A DNA stretch of 64,000 nt, taken from the NCBI GenBank assembly GCA_028534125.1, contig CM052817.1:51090001-51154000 (forward strand), given 5' to 3'. Position 1 is the stretch's first letter. Every line of letters begins with the position of its first letter. The translations under genes and the position numbers were made by a program. This document shows, in pieces, positions 52,799 to 64,000 of the stretch. This stretch comes from Lama glama (Eukaryota). Below the pieces are notes generated by a model, which made no database searches, was not told where the DNA came from, and saw only the letters and a list, made by a program, of their open reading frames with translations.

Positions 52799-53136
52799 TG
52801 TTAAATTAATTAGACAAGGAGGCAATCAGGCTGAGGTGGCTCTAATGCTGTGGTGGCTGATATAAGCAAACCAAAATCTAATTCTGTAAATGCCTCAAGG
52901 TTATGAAATAGAAACCTAAGGACAACCAATCACAAATAGCCAACTGGGCTTTGAGCTTTAGCCAATCAAATAATGCCCTTTCTCTGCTTCTGAACCATCT
53001 CTGTATAAATCTTTCCCCTAGCTCCTGTCTGAGGAGTTATCTTAAACACTTCTGGTTTGCCACTGACCAACTGAAACTGATTTTTATTCAAATAAACTCT
53101 TAACATTTTAAGCATGCCTCAGTTTATCATTTAACA
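52799..53136 (+). mobile_element. ERV1 solo LTR, MER93-like
   Basis: Perfect 8-bp terminal inverted repeat TGTTAAAT...ATTTAACA; 4-bp TSD taca/tacc; two CCAATCA boxes, TATAAAT and AATAAA; start resembles MER93 (ggagg..caggctgaggtggctc..taagcaaacc). Confidence 0.88.
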
Positions 53137-53618
53137 TACCAAAAGAAGAATTCAAGCCCTGATAAGGGGTACCACATAGTGGAAATCTGCTTATCAACTG
53201 AGGATGCAAGCAGAGTCAGAGTCAAACACACACTAGATAGATAGAAGGGCATCACTCCACGGTGCAGGCCACCAGTCCAATGCAGTGCTAAGTGTTACAG
53301 AAATATTGCTCCAGATCAGGTTGATAAGTACAAACTCTGTGGGCTTAGATGTCCACCATGGAAGAAGGGAAGGTATAAGATAAGTTTGTGAACTCGGACT
53401 TCAATGTTAACCAAGGTACACTGTAACTTAAACCAGAAGTGTCTAAGGACCTTGAATTGGCAAGAATAGCTTTATGACTTCACAAGGAAATGAAAGCTTA
53501 AATGTCGAGTTCAGTTACAGAAATGAAAGGAATGAAGTCTGCACATTCTAGTGTTACAATTATGTGTCATTTAAACCCAATGCAAAGCTACTGAGTTTTC
53601 AGTTCAGGTTGAATTTGA

Positions 53619-53619
53619 A

Positions 53620-53653
<34 letters not shown>

Positions 53654-53672
53654 CGTGCGCGTGTGCGCGTGC
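53619..53672. repeat. (TG)n/(CG)n alternating purine-pyrimidine microsatellite
   Basis: 54 bp of uninterrupted alternation. Confidence 0.97.
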
Positions 53673-53744
53673 TTGCCAGTGCTTGAGTGCTTTACTTTAT
53701 ATTTTGTTTTGCTTTGTTTTTGAGACAGAAGAGGGTATTTTAAT

Positions 53745-53960
53745 GAAATAACAAAAATTTTAGTCAGATGAACAGGTTTCTAATTCTGGTTTTGGTACCT
53801 TCTAAGCATAATTATCTAAGGGTGAGGAGTATAACAGTGTACCTTTCCTGCACTTCAATTCTTTTACAAGCAAAGTGATGCAGCATCCTGTCTAGTTTTG
53901 AATATAAACACAAAAGAAATGTCAAATGGTGAATTTTTAGGATTAATTTTGCAAATGTTA
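53745..53960 (+). mobile_element. MIR fragment
   Basis: tagtcagatgaacaggtttctaattctggttttggtacc...cctgcacttcaattcttttac. Confidence 0.5.
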
Positions 53961-54084
53961 AAATATTAAATTATCAAACATAGTACAACTTTAAATTTAT
54001 ACAATGTAGTAGATATTGAAAAATGATGATTCCTTTCTTATTATTTCCCTTTCATCCTGTATTTTAGCCATTTCTGCCTATTTT

Positions 54085-54472
54085 GAGTTTCTTGAAACAT
54101 TTGTCTCTATCTCAATATATGCTCTCTCCTCTGACAGGGATGCTTTGGCAATTGCTTAATTGTCCCATTCCTGACTATCAATTTGACACATTCTGTATGA
54201 TTTAAAGAAGACATCACCTCCTTAAGGATGTTTTACCAACTTCAACAAGGCTATGCAAAAATCTCTTATTGCTCATACAGAAACATATATGGTTCCTTTG
54301 TCACTAAATTTAGCTCAGTTTGAGAATGGCTTTAGTTACAGGTATCTGCCATTCAGTAGTAAGTACTGGGAGGGCAGGGCCATTGTGTGCTTTACGTTGT
54401 TTCTCCTCCGGCATCTAGCATGGTATACATTATGCACACAGTTAATATTAACTAAATGAATAATGAATAACT
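54085..54472 (+). mobile_element. L2 3' end
   Basis: acatcacctcct; gagggcagggccattgtgtg...gcatctagcatgg...aatattaactaaatgaataatgaataa. Confidence 0.8.
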
Positions 54473-55499
54473 GATTAGCACATGAAAGTAAGTGCTTGTC
54501 AAAAGATTTAACTTCAGTTTTTGTTGGCTGTTCTATGGCTACTTTCAGCAACAGGAGCTTAATTATGTTGAATAGTCAAAACAGTTGTCATGAGACACTG
54601 ATGAATTAAATTACTTTAACTACCTTTCCAATTTGAATTTGATCAGTATGAACCTCAGGTGTGTGTCCACATACATTTTTCTTCAGTATCTGGTAAAAAG
54701 TAGTCTTTTATAGTTATTTGTGGGTTTCAATTTACCATGAATTTAGGCCCAAATCATGCAGAATATAGTAGGAAAAGTATAGAACCCTTTCATAAGTATA
54801 AATGTAATGTTATAACTGCAGACCACAGGAAAATTCTCTAATACGACATATACTGGGGATAACTTGAATGACAGTTTTTTAATGGAAACCCTTTTATCAC
54901 CATTTAGATACAGTCATTCATCTGAAATAAACTTGGTGAAAGTCTACTTGTTTAATTAAGCTATGTAAATTCTTTGTTCATGTGTATTAATAGATTTTGA
55001 CATGCATATACAGTGACTGTGAATTTTACCTTAGATGTCAGTAGGTTATTACTGAACCTAATTTGTAGATGCAGTGGATTTCAGAATGGTTAATAAGAGC
55101 AGATTTGAAGCTCATTCAAATCTTCACCTGACAAATCTATACATTAAATGTGATTTTTTAAAAAAGGCTATACTGTTTTTCATCAATTCTTTTTAGATTA
55201 GTCGGAAAGCTGAGAAAAACAGGGTACTTAATCAAAATGGAAAACTGGAATAAATGTCAGAACATAGTACAAAATTTTTTAGAAATTTAAATTGTCCTTT
55301 CAAAAGGTGTTGCACGTTCACCCCCTTCTGCTAGTAAGGAGTTTAACTTGATAAAATTATCAGGATTTTACATGGTACAACCTCTTTAAATGATAAGTGC
55401 TTAATCATTTAACTTGTAAATTTTTATGAAAACCTACAGTTGAATTGCTTTCAAAAATATGCCTAAAATAAGCAGTTTTGAAAGAGCGAATTATATGAG

Positions 55500-55875
55500 T
55501 AAAATATGCACATTATAAAATACAGAAAAATGTGTAAAAGAAATTAAATCCATCCAAAGAACCACAACTCTCAGTGACCACAGTTAATGACTTCTGGTAA
55601 ATTTCCCTCTTTGTACAGTAGTTTACATCACTGAGAGTATTCTTCATACATAATTTGATAGTCTAACTTTTCAGTTTACCTGAGAATGCAGCCATTTCCA
55701 ATATTATTAAATTTATACAAATTTTAAATACCTCTATGGTTCTATTTATGATTAATCTACACATCATACTATTTAAACAATTTTCTATTGTTATGCATTT
55801 CCATGAGCTTCTATTTTGTTTTTCTATTTTGTTAGGCTAATCTAAAAAATGCTCCAATGAACATCTTTGTGTCAA
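55500..55875 (-). mobile_element. Old L1ME-like fragment
   Basis: atttaaacaattttctattgtt; aaaatgctccaatgaacatctttgtg. Confidence 0.55.
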
Positions 55876-57834
55876 TAGGCAATGTGAAAGAATGTTAGAG
55901 TTTTTACTAATTAAAAAGTTTGTAGAGTCGTAAGTTGATTTTGGCCTAAACTTACGGTTTTAGGTTGGTTGAATATGAATCACATTATTTCATATTTTTA
56001 TTTTGCAGCAATGTCTCTATAATTGAAAGAGGAAGTTCATGCCATATTCAAGGTCAGTGTCTACTACAATGCAATTTTCATCTTACAAAGAAGAGTTAAT
56101 CAAAGATCTCATTCTTATTTTGGTGAGGAAAAAATACAATCTTTTTTGTGTGTTTCAAAACTAAAGAGGGTTAGGACAACAAATGAAGATTCTACATAAA
56201 TCCTGATGCTCCAAGGCTAAGTACAGTCAAGAAGGAGCAGCAATACTAGATAAAGTATACTTTCTTTGAAGACGGTTGACCCAAAGGAAAAATTCTTATA
56301 CAGTTTACTACATTCCTCAAAGAATAACAGATTAGTATCACAGTGTTCAGGGGTTAACCATCACCATGGAACTGTCAAAAATACAATTCTTCAGAGTCAA
56401 ACAGCAGTAAGTTTGAATCATGAATGAATCATAAGTTAGCTGTGTTTATTTGCTATATGACCATTTCAGGAAAAATTATGTTTTTCCTCTCCTCACAAAC
56501 ATATTAATCGGCTTTCTTAGAATCTTAGATGCTGAATTGTCCAGAGATACTAATGGTCACATCATCATGCCTTAAAAGGCAAAAAAATCAAATTGACATC
56601 ATTTCTCTGGTTCACTTCTCATTCTCTTCCAATAATTCATGGGTAATGGGTGTTGCTACTTCCCTTGAGGTCCAGGAGTCCCCAGTCTCTCTTATCTCTT
56701 TCTCCATGCTTCTGAGCAGAAGTTGGTAAGACACTACATCACACAGGACAGAGGGAGGTTTAAACCTCAGCCCTGTGACTGAAACCCAGGTTTTCTTAGA
56801 AAGACTGGGATAGAAGTAACTTATCTGACAATTATTCATTTAATTATTTCTTTATTTATTGATCATGTGGAAAACTTTAAATATGAGTGGTTACTTAGAA
56901 GGATACAATTGAATATTTGTGGAAACCTGGCCATGGTATAAATTAGAAGCATCATATTATCATTACATTACTAGCAATATCTAACAATAATGGTGAATTA
57001 TTTAATAGACATGTGAAACTTATTTTCATAACTAATGGATTATAATTCTAACTATAGGAAACTTCATTTTCCTGAAAAGATACAAAGAGATGGTTTGAGT
57101 GACCTAATAAAGTGGTTGTCATTTATCACAATGCATTTGTGTTTGTCATATGACGTTTCTGGGGCACAGATACTTTTATTTAAGATAAAGATGTAATCTA
57201 TCCCAGTAACAGGGCAATAGCGCAGAATTTGTATTCAAACTTCTCAGGGAGGCAATCCCCTACTGATGTTAAAAACAACCTGAAACTCTCATGAAATGTT
57301 GGGAGCCATGTACTCATTAAATTCATATGTATTTTTTTCTTTTTTTTCCAGTAAATGTTCATATAAATCTAATCATATCTATCTGAAAAGTAAGGAAAAA
57401 ATTTTGTGTTATTTGGTTGTCTTGAGCCTAATTTTTACTATAAGAGACCAGCTTTAGAAGGTAAAACAAAAGTGTGGAGCAATTGTATATTTTAAACCCA
57501 AACTTCTCTTTATTGAACCCCTTTTTGTTCAAAATACCCAAAGTGCCTTCCTAAATGAACCCTTTTTCAAATATCAGTATATATAATTAAGTGAAAAAAG
57601 ATAGGTGAATAACTGAGTTATTAAGTGCTAATATTATTATAAAATAATTTAAATTGTAAATACTTGTATGAATCTAAATTATCTCTTGAATAAAAAAGAA
57701 CTGGCAGAGATGTTGGATTGGATGTTAAAAATTAGGTGGCTGTGTGACAGGAACAAAAAGGATTTTAATTTTTGTACTTTTGGAATTGTCTAGTTCATAT
57801 ATGTGCTACTTATTACAATGAAATTCAAAATTTA

Positions 57835-57990
57835 TTTTAAGTACTGGGTTTTGAAAGTAAAATATCTGTGCTCAAGACCCAGATCATTTACTTTATAAAC
57901 AGAATAACATTTAATCTTTCTAAGGCTCTGTCCATAGCAGTGAAATAGATTAAATAATCCTGATAACTTCATAGATCTTACGAAGCTAAA
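57835..57990 (+). mobile_element. MIR fragment
   Basis: gtactgggttttgaaagt...tcaagacccagatc...atttaatctttctaagg...gtgaaatagat...aacttcatag. Confidence 0.6.
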
Positions 57991-60613
57991 CCAATAGTCT
58001 ATTCAGAAGTACTTTGGTTGCAAGTAAGAGAAACCATGTTCATTTTTCTAAAGAAAAAACCCACAAGCAGTGTGTTATAAACAGGAGAGAGACCCTGAGT
58101 TTAAAAAATCCAAATCTTATATAACATTCAATAATCCTACCTGATCTTTGCCCCAGTGAAGATGTTATCTTTCCTATACAGAGCTTAAAGAAACCCCGTG
58201 CTTTGAACTGAAAAAAGATGTTACTGCAGTCTTCCAAGGATGTTTGCTATATAATTGTCCTTGAAAAGATAGTCTGGAACAAAGCCATTAAGTGCTGCTG
58301 CTTGCAAAGTGTGTAGAAATATAAGATATATCCTTCAGTTGTGGATATTATGTTGGTCTATGACACTTGTGGTCAGCAGGAAAGTCAGCAAAAATGTGAA
58401 ACAGTGATTAATGTCACCGTGTAGGAACCAGTGTGTGCTTCTATCAGCAGGATCAATGGAATGTGAGAGTCCGAAGGAAGTTTGTTATCCTTCCTAGGCT
58501 ATTGAAATTTGTAAGTTGCTATCGTCTGGTAAGTCACAAAAGGACCAGATAATTTTATAGAAATAATAAAACCTTGATTTTATTGCTGATTGTCAATTGT
58601 TTTCTATGAGATTTTGACAATGCTGTTTACTGGAAACTATTCGAAAATGCCATCTCAACATTTAAAAATTTCATTGGAGTGATGTGCTCTAAAATAAAAT
58701 ATTCTATTGTAATTTTGTTCTATTTAATTAGCTGGCTATATGGAAAAAAAAATATATATATGATTAAACATTTTTTAAAACTAGGAATATTAGTAATAGT
58801 CAGTATCTTAGTCCACCTGAATGGAGGCAAACATAGCCATTCTTAGAATAATTTAAAAGACAATAATAAAACATTGCTTTCCAAGTTCATTATTTAAAAT
58901 TGAGTATTAGATTACTTGCTAATTCTGGCATTTTCCCAGAAGAAACTGTGTTCTTTATAACAAGTCCAATAAAAATTCTGTTTTCTTATATTTATTTTTA
59001 TTTTACCCGGAAAAGCCATGCATCTCAGAGTCAGCATTTGGTATGCTGTAAAAACCTTCGTCAGAAGCTTGGCAGTTTTCGTAGAGTGCTGAGAGCAATG
59101 GGTGAGAACTTTAGAGACATAAATCTGACCATTAAAATAATATGACAAAAACCTGAATAAATTCAAAATAGGAAAAACAGAAAATGTAAAAATTTAATTA
59201 CTATAAAGACATAGAAAGCAGACTTCAAAGAATGCAAAGCTGTGCTAATACTGTTACAGGAAACTAACTCTTAGATTCAAAACAGCAGTGCATTCTCACC
59301 CCAATGCAGAACACTTCATTGAAAATATGTTTGTGTGTACCTAAATATATTTGTAAACATTTTGTGTTATGTGATTGTCTAGAGCCTATTTTTTTTAATG
59401 AGAAATCACTTTTTTAAAAAAGTAATGCATGGAGAAACTCCATACTTAAAAACAAAAAATTCTCTTTACTAACCTACCCTTCCCCTCCCATCACCATTTT
59501 TGGTTTGAAAAGCAACTGTTACCTGTGCACCTACTAGAAAAGAAAACAATGGAATGCATTCTCTGATATATTTATTACAATTATACTTTGATGTATTAAT
59601 GTAACTGAAAGTGATAAATGCAGTTGAAATTTGTTTTTATTTTTAATTTTGGGGGCAAAGTGACACAAGCTGTGTAATACTCAGTGATATACTGTTTATT
59701 ATTGTACTCATTTAAACATTCGTATTTTCAGTATTAAACACATTTGTATGTAATGCAATTTCTATGACTGATTTATTTAAAAACCTCAATACTGTACTTC
59801 AATTATGTAGTCCTGAAACTTAGCCAAAGTTTCCATTGTTATTTATATTTCTCCTTCCTGCTCCATTTGGACCTTACAGTAGACAAAAAATCTACAATAG
59901 CTGGTTAAAGTGACTATCTTTCTATATTTTTCTTTGCCAAACTTCTATCTCCACTTCTCCTCTATTTAGTCTTGAGAGAATCAGGAAAGTTATAACTGTC
60001 GTGACATGTTCTCACACACTATTGTCTATTTATATATTCACAACTGATTTTCTCTCATGAGCTGTTGTGTGTATGTTTTTCTAGAGCATTCCAATTTTAA
60101 GAATTGTTTTACCTATTGTTTCCTTGACAAGAAATTTCCACTCCCTACTAGAAAGTAAAAAAATATTGACTTCCATTTTCCTTCTTGGCACCTTGTTTTC
60201 AGGTACTGCCTTCCGCATAGATTGTATCTTGCAGTTTTGTTGTCCCTCTACCCCCTGTAGTTCATGTTTGAATATTAGGAAAACTTCACCTATCCTTTTG
60301 GCCTAAAAAACTTGAATTCCAGCTCCCTAGCAGTCATCTCTCTGTTATTCTATAGGTTTTCCAGACACAAGTTCATTAAATTTCCCTTCCTGTTCCTCTC
60401 CAACTGTAAAGAACTCATGTTAAATTCTATGACTAGTCCCATTTTGAGCTCCGTATTTTCAGTTTGGAGTGAATGGATAAAGAACATTTTTCTCCATAAT
60501 TAAGTTCATCAGTAGAAACTCCCCTGAACAGATAATAAACAGAGTTCTATCCAAACAAAATAAAACAAAAATATAAACATAAAATCCCCTCCAAACTATT
60601 CGATTTTGTGTCG

Positions 60614-61099
60614 TGTATTAAGGTTTTCCAGAGAAAGAGAACCGATAGGATATATACATATGAAAAGATGTATTATAAAGTATTGGCTTACTTATTATGG
60701 AGACTGAAAAGTGCCACCATCTGCCATCTGCAAGCTGGGGACCCAGGAAAGCCAGTGGTATAATCTGAAGGCTTTAACGCTGGAAAGCTTCTGATATAGA
60801 TCCCAGTCTGGGTCTAAAGGCCTGAGGACCAGGATTGCTAAGGAAAGGAGAAGAACCATCTTTCAGCTCAGTCAGACAGCCACAGAGTGAATCAACTTTC
60901 CTTGATCTTTTTGTAATATCCAGCCCCTAAATGGACTGGATGATGACCATCCACATTGGGGAGGACCATCTGTTTTAGTCCATCAGTTTAAATGCTTATC
61001 TTTTCTTGAAACACCCTTACAGATATACTCCAAAATAAACTTTAACCAGCTATCTGGACATCCCTTGGTTCAGTCAAGTTGATACATAAACAATCATTA
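60614..61099 (-). mobile_element. MLT2B-like ERVL solo LTR
   Basis: tgtattaaggttttccagagaaagagaaccgatagga...catctgcaagctggggacccaggaaagcc...cacattggggagg...cagtcaagttgatacataaa. Confidence 0.93.
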
Positions 61100-62257
61100 G
61101 TCCTTTATAATCTCAATTTGGGCAATAAATGTCAAGGGCCGTGTATACAATTTTTGGATAAATACTACTTTGCAGTCCTCCAAAGTAATCTGTTAACAAC
61201 TGATTATGTATTTTGATATCACTGATGGTGATGCCACCATGAAATAGAAAATGAGTCCAACTTCAACTCTGCAATTATTTAAATAATTACACAATTTAGC
61301 TTCTGATCGTTAGATTAGCCCTAAGAAATGAAGTCAGATTTTTCATATTAATTTATCTTCTGTAATGGGAAAAACACTGACAAAATGCTATAGGAGAATG
61401 AGATTGACATGGTTGGTGGTCTCATAGTGATTGCTCATCGTTCAGTGAATTGCATGTCTTTTGTGATCATCTTGTTCTCCTCTTACACGTATTCTCCCTC
61501 TTTCTAAATGATGTAGTTTGTCACATATTGTTAAGTACCTATGAACATTTTTATTCAACCACTTTTTGTCTGTACATATTTAGTTAAATTGTTAACACCC
61601 TTGAAAGTAGAAATTATGTACTGAATTATTTCTATTCATGTAAAACACAAATAAATAATGGCAGTGTGTTGCTCAGAAAAGTCATACAATATATTATTTG
61701 AGATGAAAGAAATATTTTCACCAAGTTTAACTAAATGGTATACTGATTCAAAATGCTCAGTCCTATATATTTGAATTTTAATTCTGTAATGTTAAACATG
61801 TGGAATATTATTTTCTTAGTAGCAATTCAAGATTATAATCTTACTTTAAAGTTTTTTGCTGTTGTTGTTGTTTTGTTTACCTCTCTCTTCTTTCTACTTT
61901 CTGCTATATAAAAACAGGTGGGTGATAATCAGGAATTAAAGAAAGTGCATACATTATAACTGTCTTTCTGTTCTAAAAAGCATTAATTTATCCAGCTGAA
62001 ATTTAGCTAACTCCTACTGGCAATCAAGTTGTGTTAAAGAGTTCAATTTATCATTTAAATTTTTAAAATAAAGTTTCATCTGGAGATGGCCTCTACCTAC
62101 AAGTTTACCTGTGGCAGTGTTAGGGCTCCTCAAGAAAATGATGGAAGACTAGAGGTAGTAAGTAGGTTGCTAGAGAGGAAATGCTATATATCATCCTGAA
62201 GTCACATCATTAGGATGGATGCTTAATTAAGAAAAACAAAAAGTTAAGAACAACATT

Positions 62258-62309
62258 TCTCTCTCTCTCTCACACACACAAGCGCACGCGCGCACACACA
62301 CACACTCTC
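62258..62309. repeat. Compound (CT)n(CA)n(CG) microsatellite
   Basis: Direct reading. Confidence 0.92.
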
Positions 62310-63567
62310 AGTAATATTTAAAGAAATAACTTAAAGAAGGGGGAAAATAGGAACAAACATTAAAAATGCAGTTAGATTGTTTATTAAGGTGATATTTCTC
62401 AGGATCAGAGAACCTGTAACAATTCTTAATGTGTGGTTGTGATCCTGAAATTGTTGGCTATGTTAAAAAACTAAGAAACAAAATCAAAAAGCATAGGTAC
62501 TTGGCAGTTCTTTTTCCTGACTTCCTGCACTCATTCTGTATCTACTGTTATCTTCTTCAAGTTGGGAATAACTAGGCAAAGTCTGATGGTAAACTAAAAC
62601 CTGTATGTACTAGTAACCCAAGAGAATCTCTTTGAAAATTTATTATTCGTTTCTTTAGTGATGTTCACAAGGTTGAGTTATTGTTTTCTCACTTTTTAAA
62701 TGTTGTTTAGTCATGTGGTTTATGGGGAATTATGGGAGATCTAAATAGGTTTTTTTGAATGTTTAAGTCTAGTCATATTGAATAATCATTATGTGTTTAG
62801 TGGGTGCGATAAATTTCGAAAGCTGTGAGAGCCATGTAAATAATACATTTTTCTGAAAAGGACTCCTTACTTCACCTCCCAATTCTCCCTTTTTATTAAA
62901 GCATGTGTCTCCTTTCTATCTGCATTCATGCTAGGGGAGTATCTACTTTCAAATGCAAAGTCTCTTAGCTGTATCATGACCTATGAGATTTAACTGAAAT
63001 ATTAAAGTCATGCACCTATCATTTGCAATGACATTTATCGAACGTGAATGTCAAGGACAAATAAATTAGTGCCTCAATAATGCCCATTTATAAGAGGAAG
63101 CAAAATGTACACACACACATATATACAAACACATATGCATGCATATGTGTGCACAGATTCCCAGAGTCTTCTCCTAGAGGAGAGAAAATTGAGAAATCTC
63201 AGCCCAAATATTAGTCTTGGAATTTTTACAATCATCTGAAATATGAATAACTTGCCATCATTATTAATCCTTTTCACAACATCTCTTTAATTTGGGAATT
63301 ATTTGTCTTTGCTTAAAACATTTAATCGCTGCAATGAATAAAATTCTCTAGTTGGAGAGAAATCACAATATATCAGAAATGACAGACATCTACAGCCAAA
63401 AGCCATTGCAGACACTCAGAGAGGCCTGCAAATGTATTGTGTGAAGAAACAATAGAAGGGACTGTAATAAAGCATTTGCTCCTTCAGATTAAAATCATCC
63501 AAATTCTTGCTGTACACCACTGACTTACTGCTATTAATAATCTTTTAATTTCTCCCATTAAAGGAAT

Positions 63568-63667
63568 TTATATATAAAAACTCTAGTAAATATATATATA
63601 TACACATATATAATTTTCATGCAAACATGTATAGCATTCATATATACATATATAATCATACATATAT
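63568..63667. repeat. Degenerate (TA)n low-complexity tract
   Basis: Direct reading. Confidence 0.8.
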
Positions 63668-64000
63668 TGAATTTTGGTTGGTTAACAGTAACAGACAAAA
63701 GGCTATTTGAAAAACAGTATTTGTAGTATTTTTGATTAATTTATTTCATTTTGGTTTTATTTTTGTTGTTTAGATTTTTCCTCTATTTTGAGGCACCTAA
63801 AATTTCGTGGGTATACTGTAAAAGCGTAGAGGGTATGTAGGAATTTTTGTTTCTATTTTACACTAGTAAATACTGAAATGAAATGCAAATATGCTTCCAT
63901 TTTCAGAAAGGAATGTATTATGAACACAAAACACAGTGTGAACAGTATCAACAAAATCTATCAGGGAAACAATAAGATTCATGACAGAGTCATGTACATT

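Noticed and set aside
1..64000. Inferring a host-gene strand from repeat orientation
   Set aside because: L1 bases are mostly plus-strand while ERVL elements are minus and MaLR LTRs are mixed; the signals conflict and counts are small.
1..64000. CRISPR-like array, operon, CpG island, NUMT or processed pseudogene
   Set aside because: No periodic repeat-spacer structure, long ORF, CpG-rich region or recognisable mitochondrial or mRNA-derived sequence seen.

Overview
AT-rich, CpG-poor mammalian non-coding DNA (gene desert or deep intron), most likely from a camelid: it carries a tRNA-derived SINE of the camelid Vic type and artiodactyl-style L1 3' ends. I recognise no host protein-coding exon, RNA gene or CpG island. 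The ORF-track entries are decayed L1 frames, antisense or chance frames, or read-through of a 500-N gap. The window is a layered record of transposons: ancient L2/MIR, MaLR/ERVL LTRs, two ERV3-16A3/HERV16-like proviral remnants, hAT and Tigger MITEs, old L1M fragments, and young short L1 3' ends with readable target-site duplications (TSDs). The most notable details are a 28-bp micro-inversion inside an L1, a tail-less internal L1 fragment patched into an L2, a three-level L1 nest, a fold-back insertion in the SINE anticodon arm, an internally deleted two-LTR ERVL provirus, and two repeat-free islands (about 37.6-38.2 kb and 58.0-59.1 kb) that may be conserved regulatory elements. I found no convincing new biological system. 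Repeat subfamily names come from recalled consensus sequences and need RepeatMasker/Dfam confirmation; boundaries of old elements are approximate.
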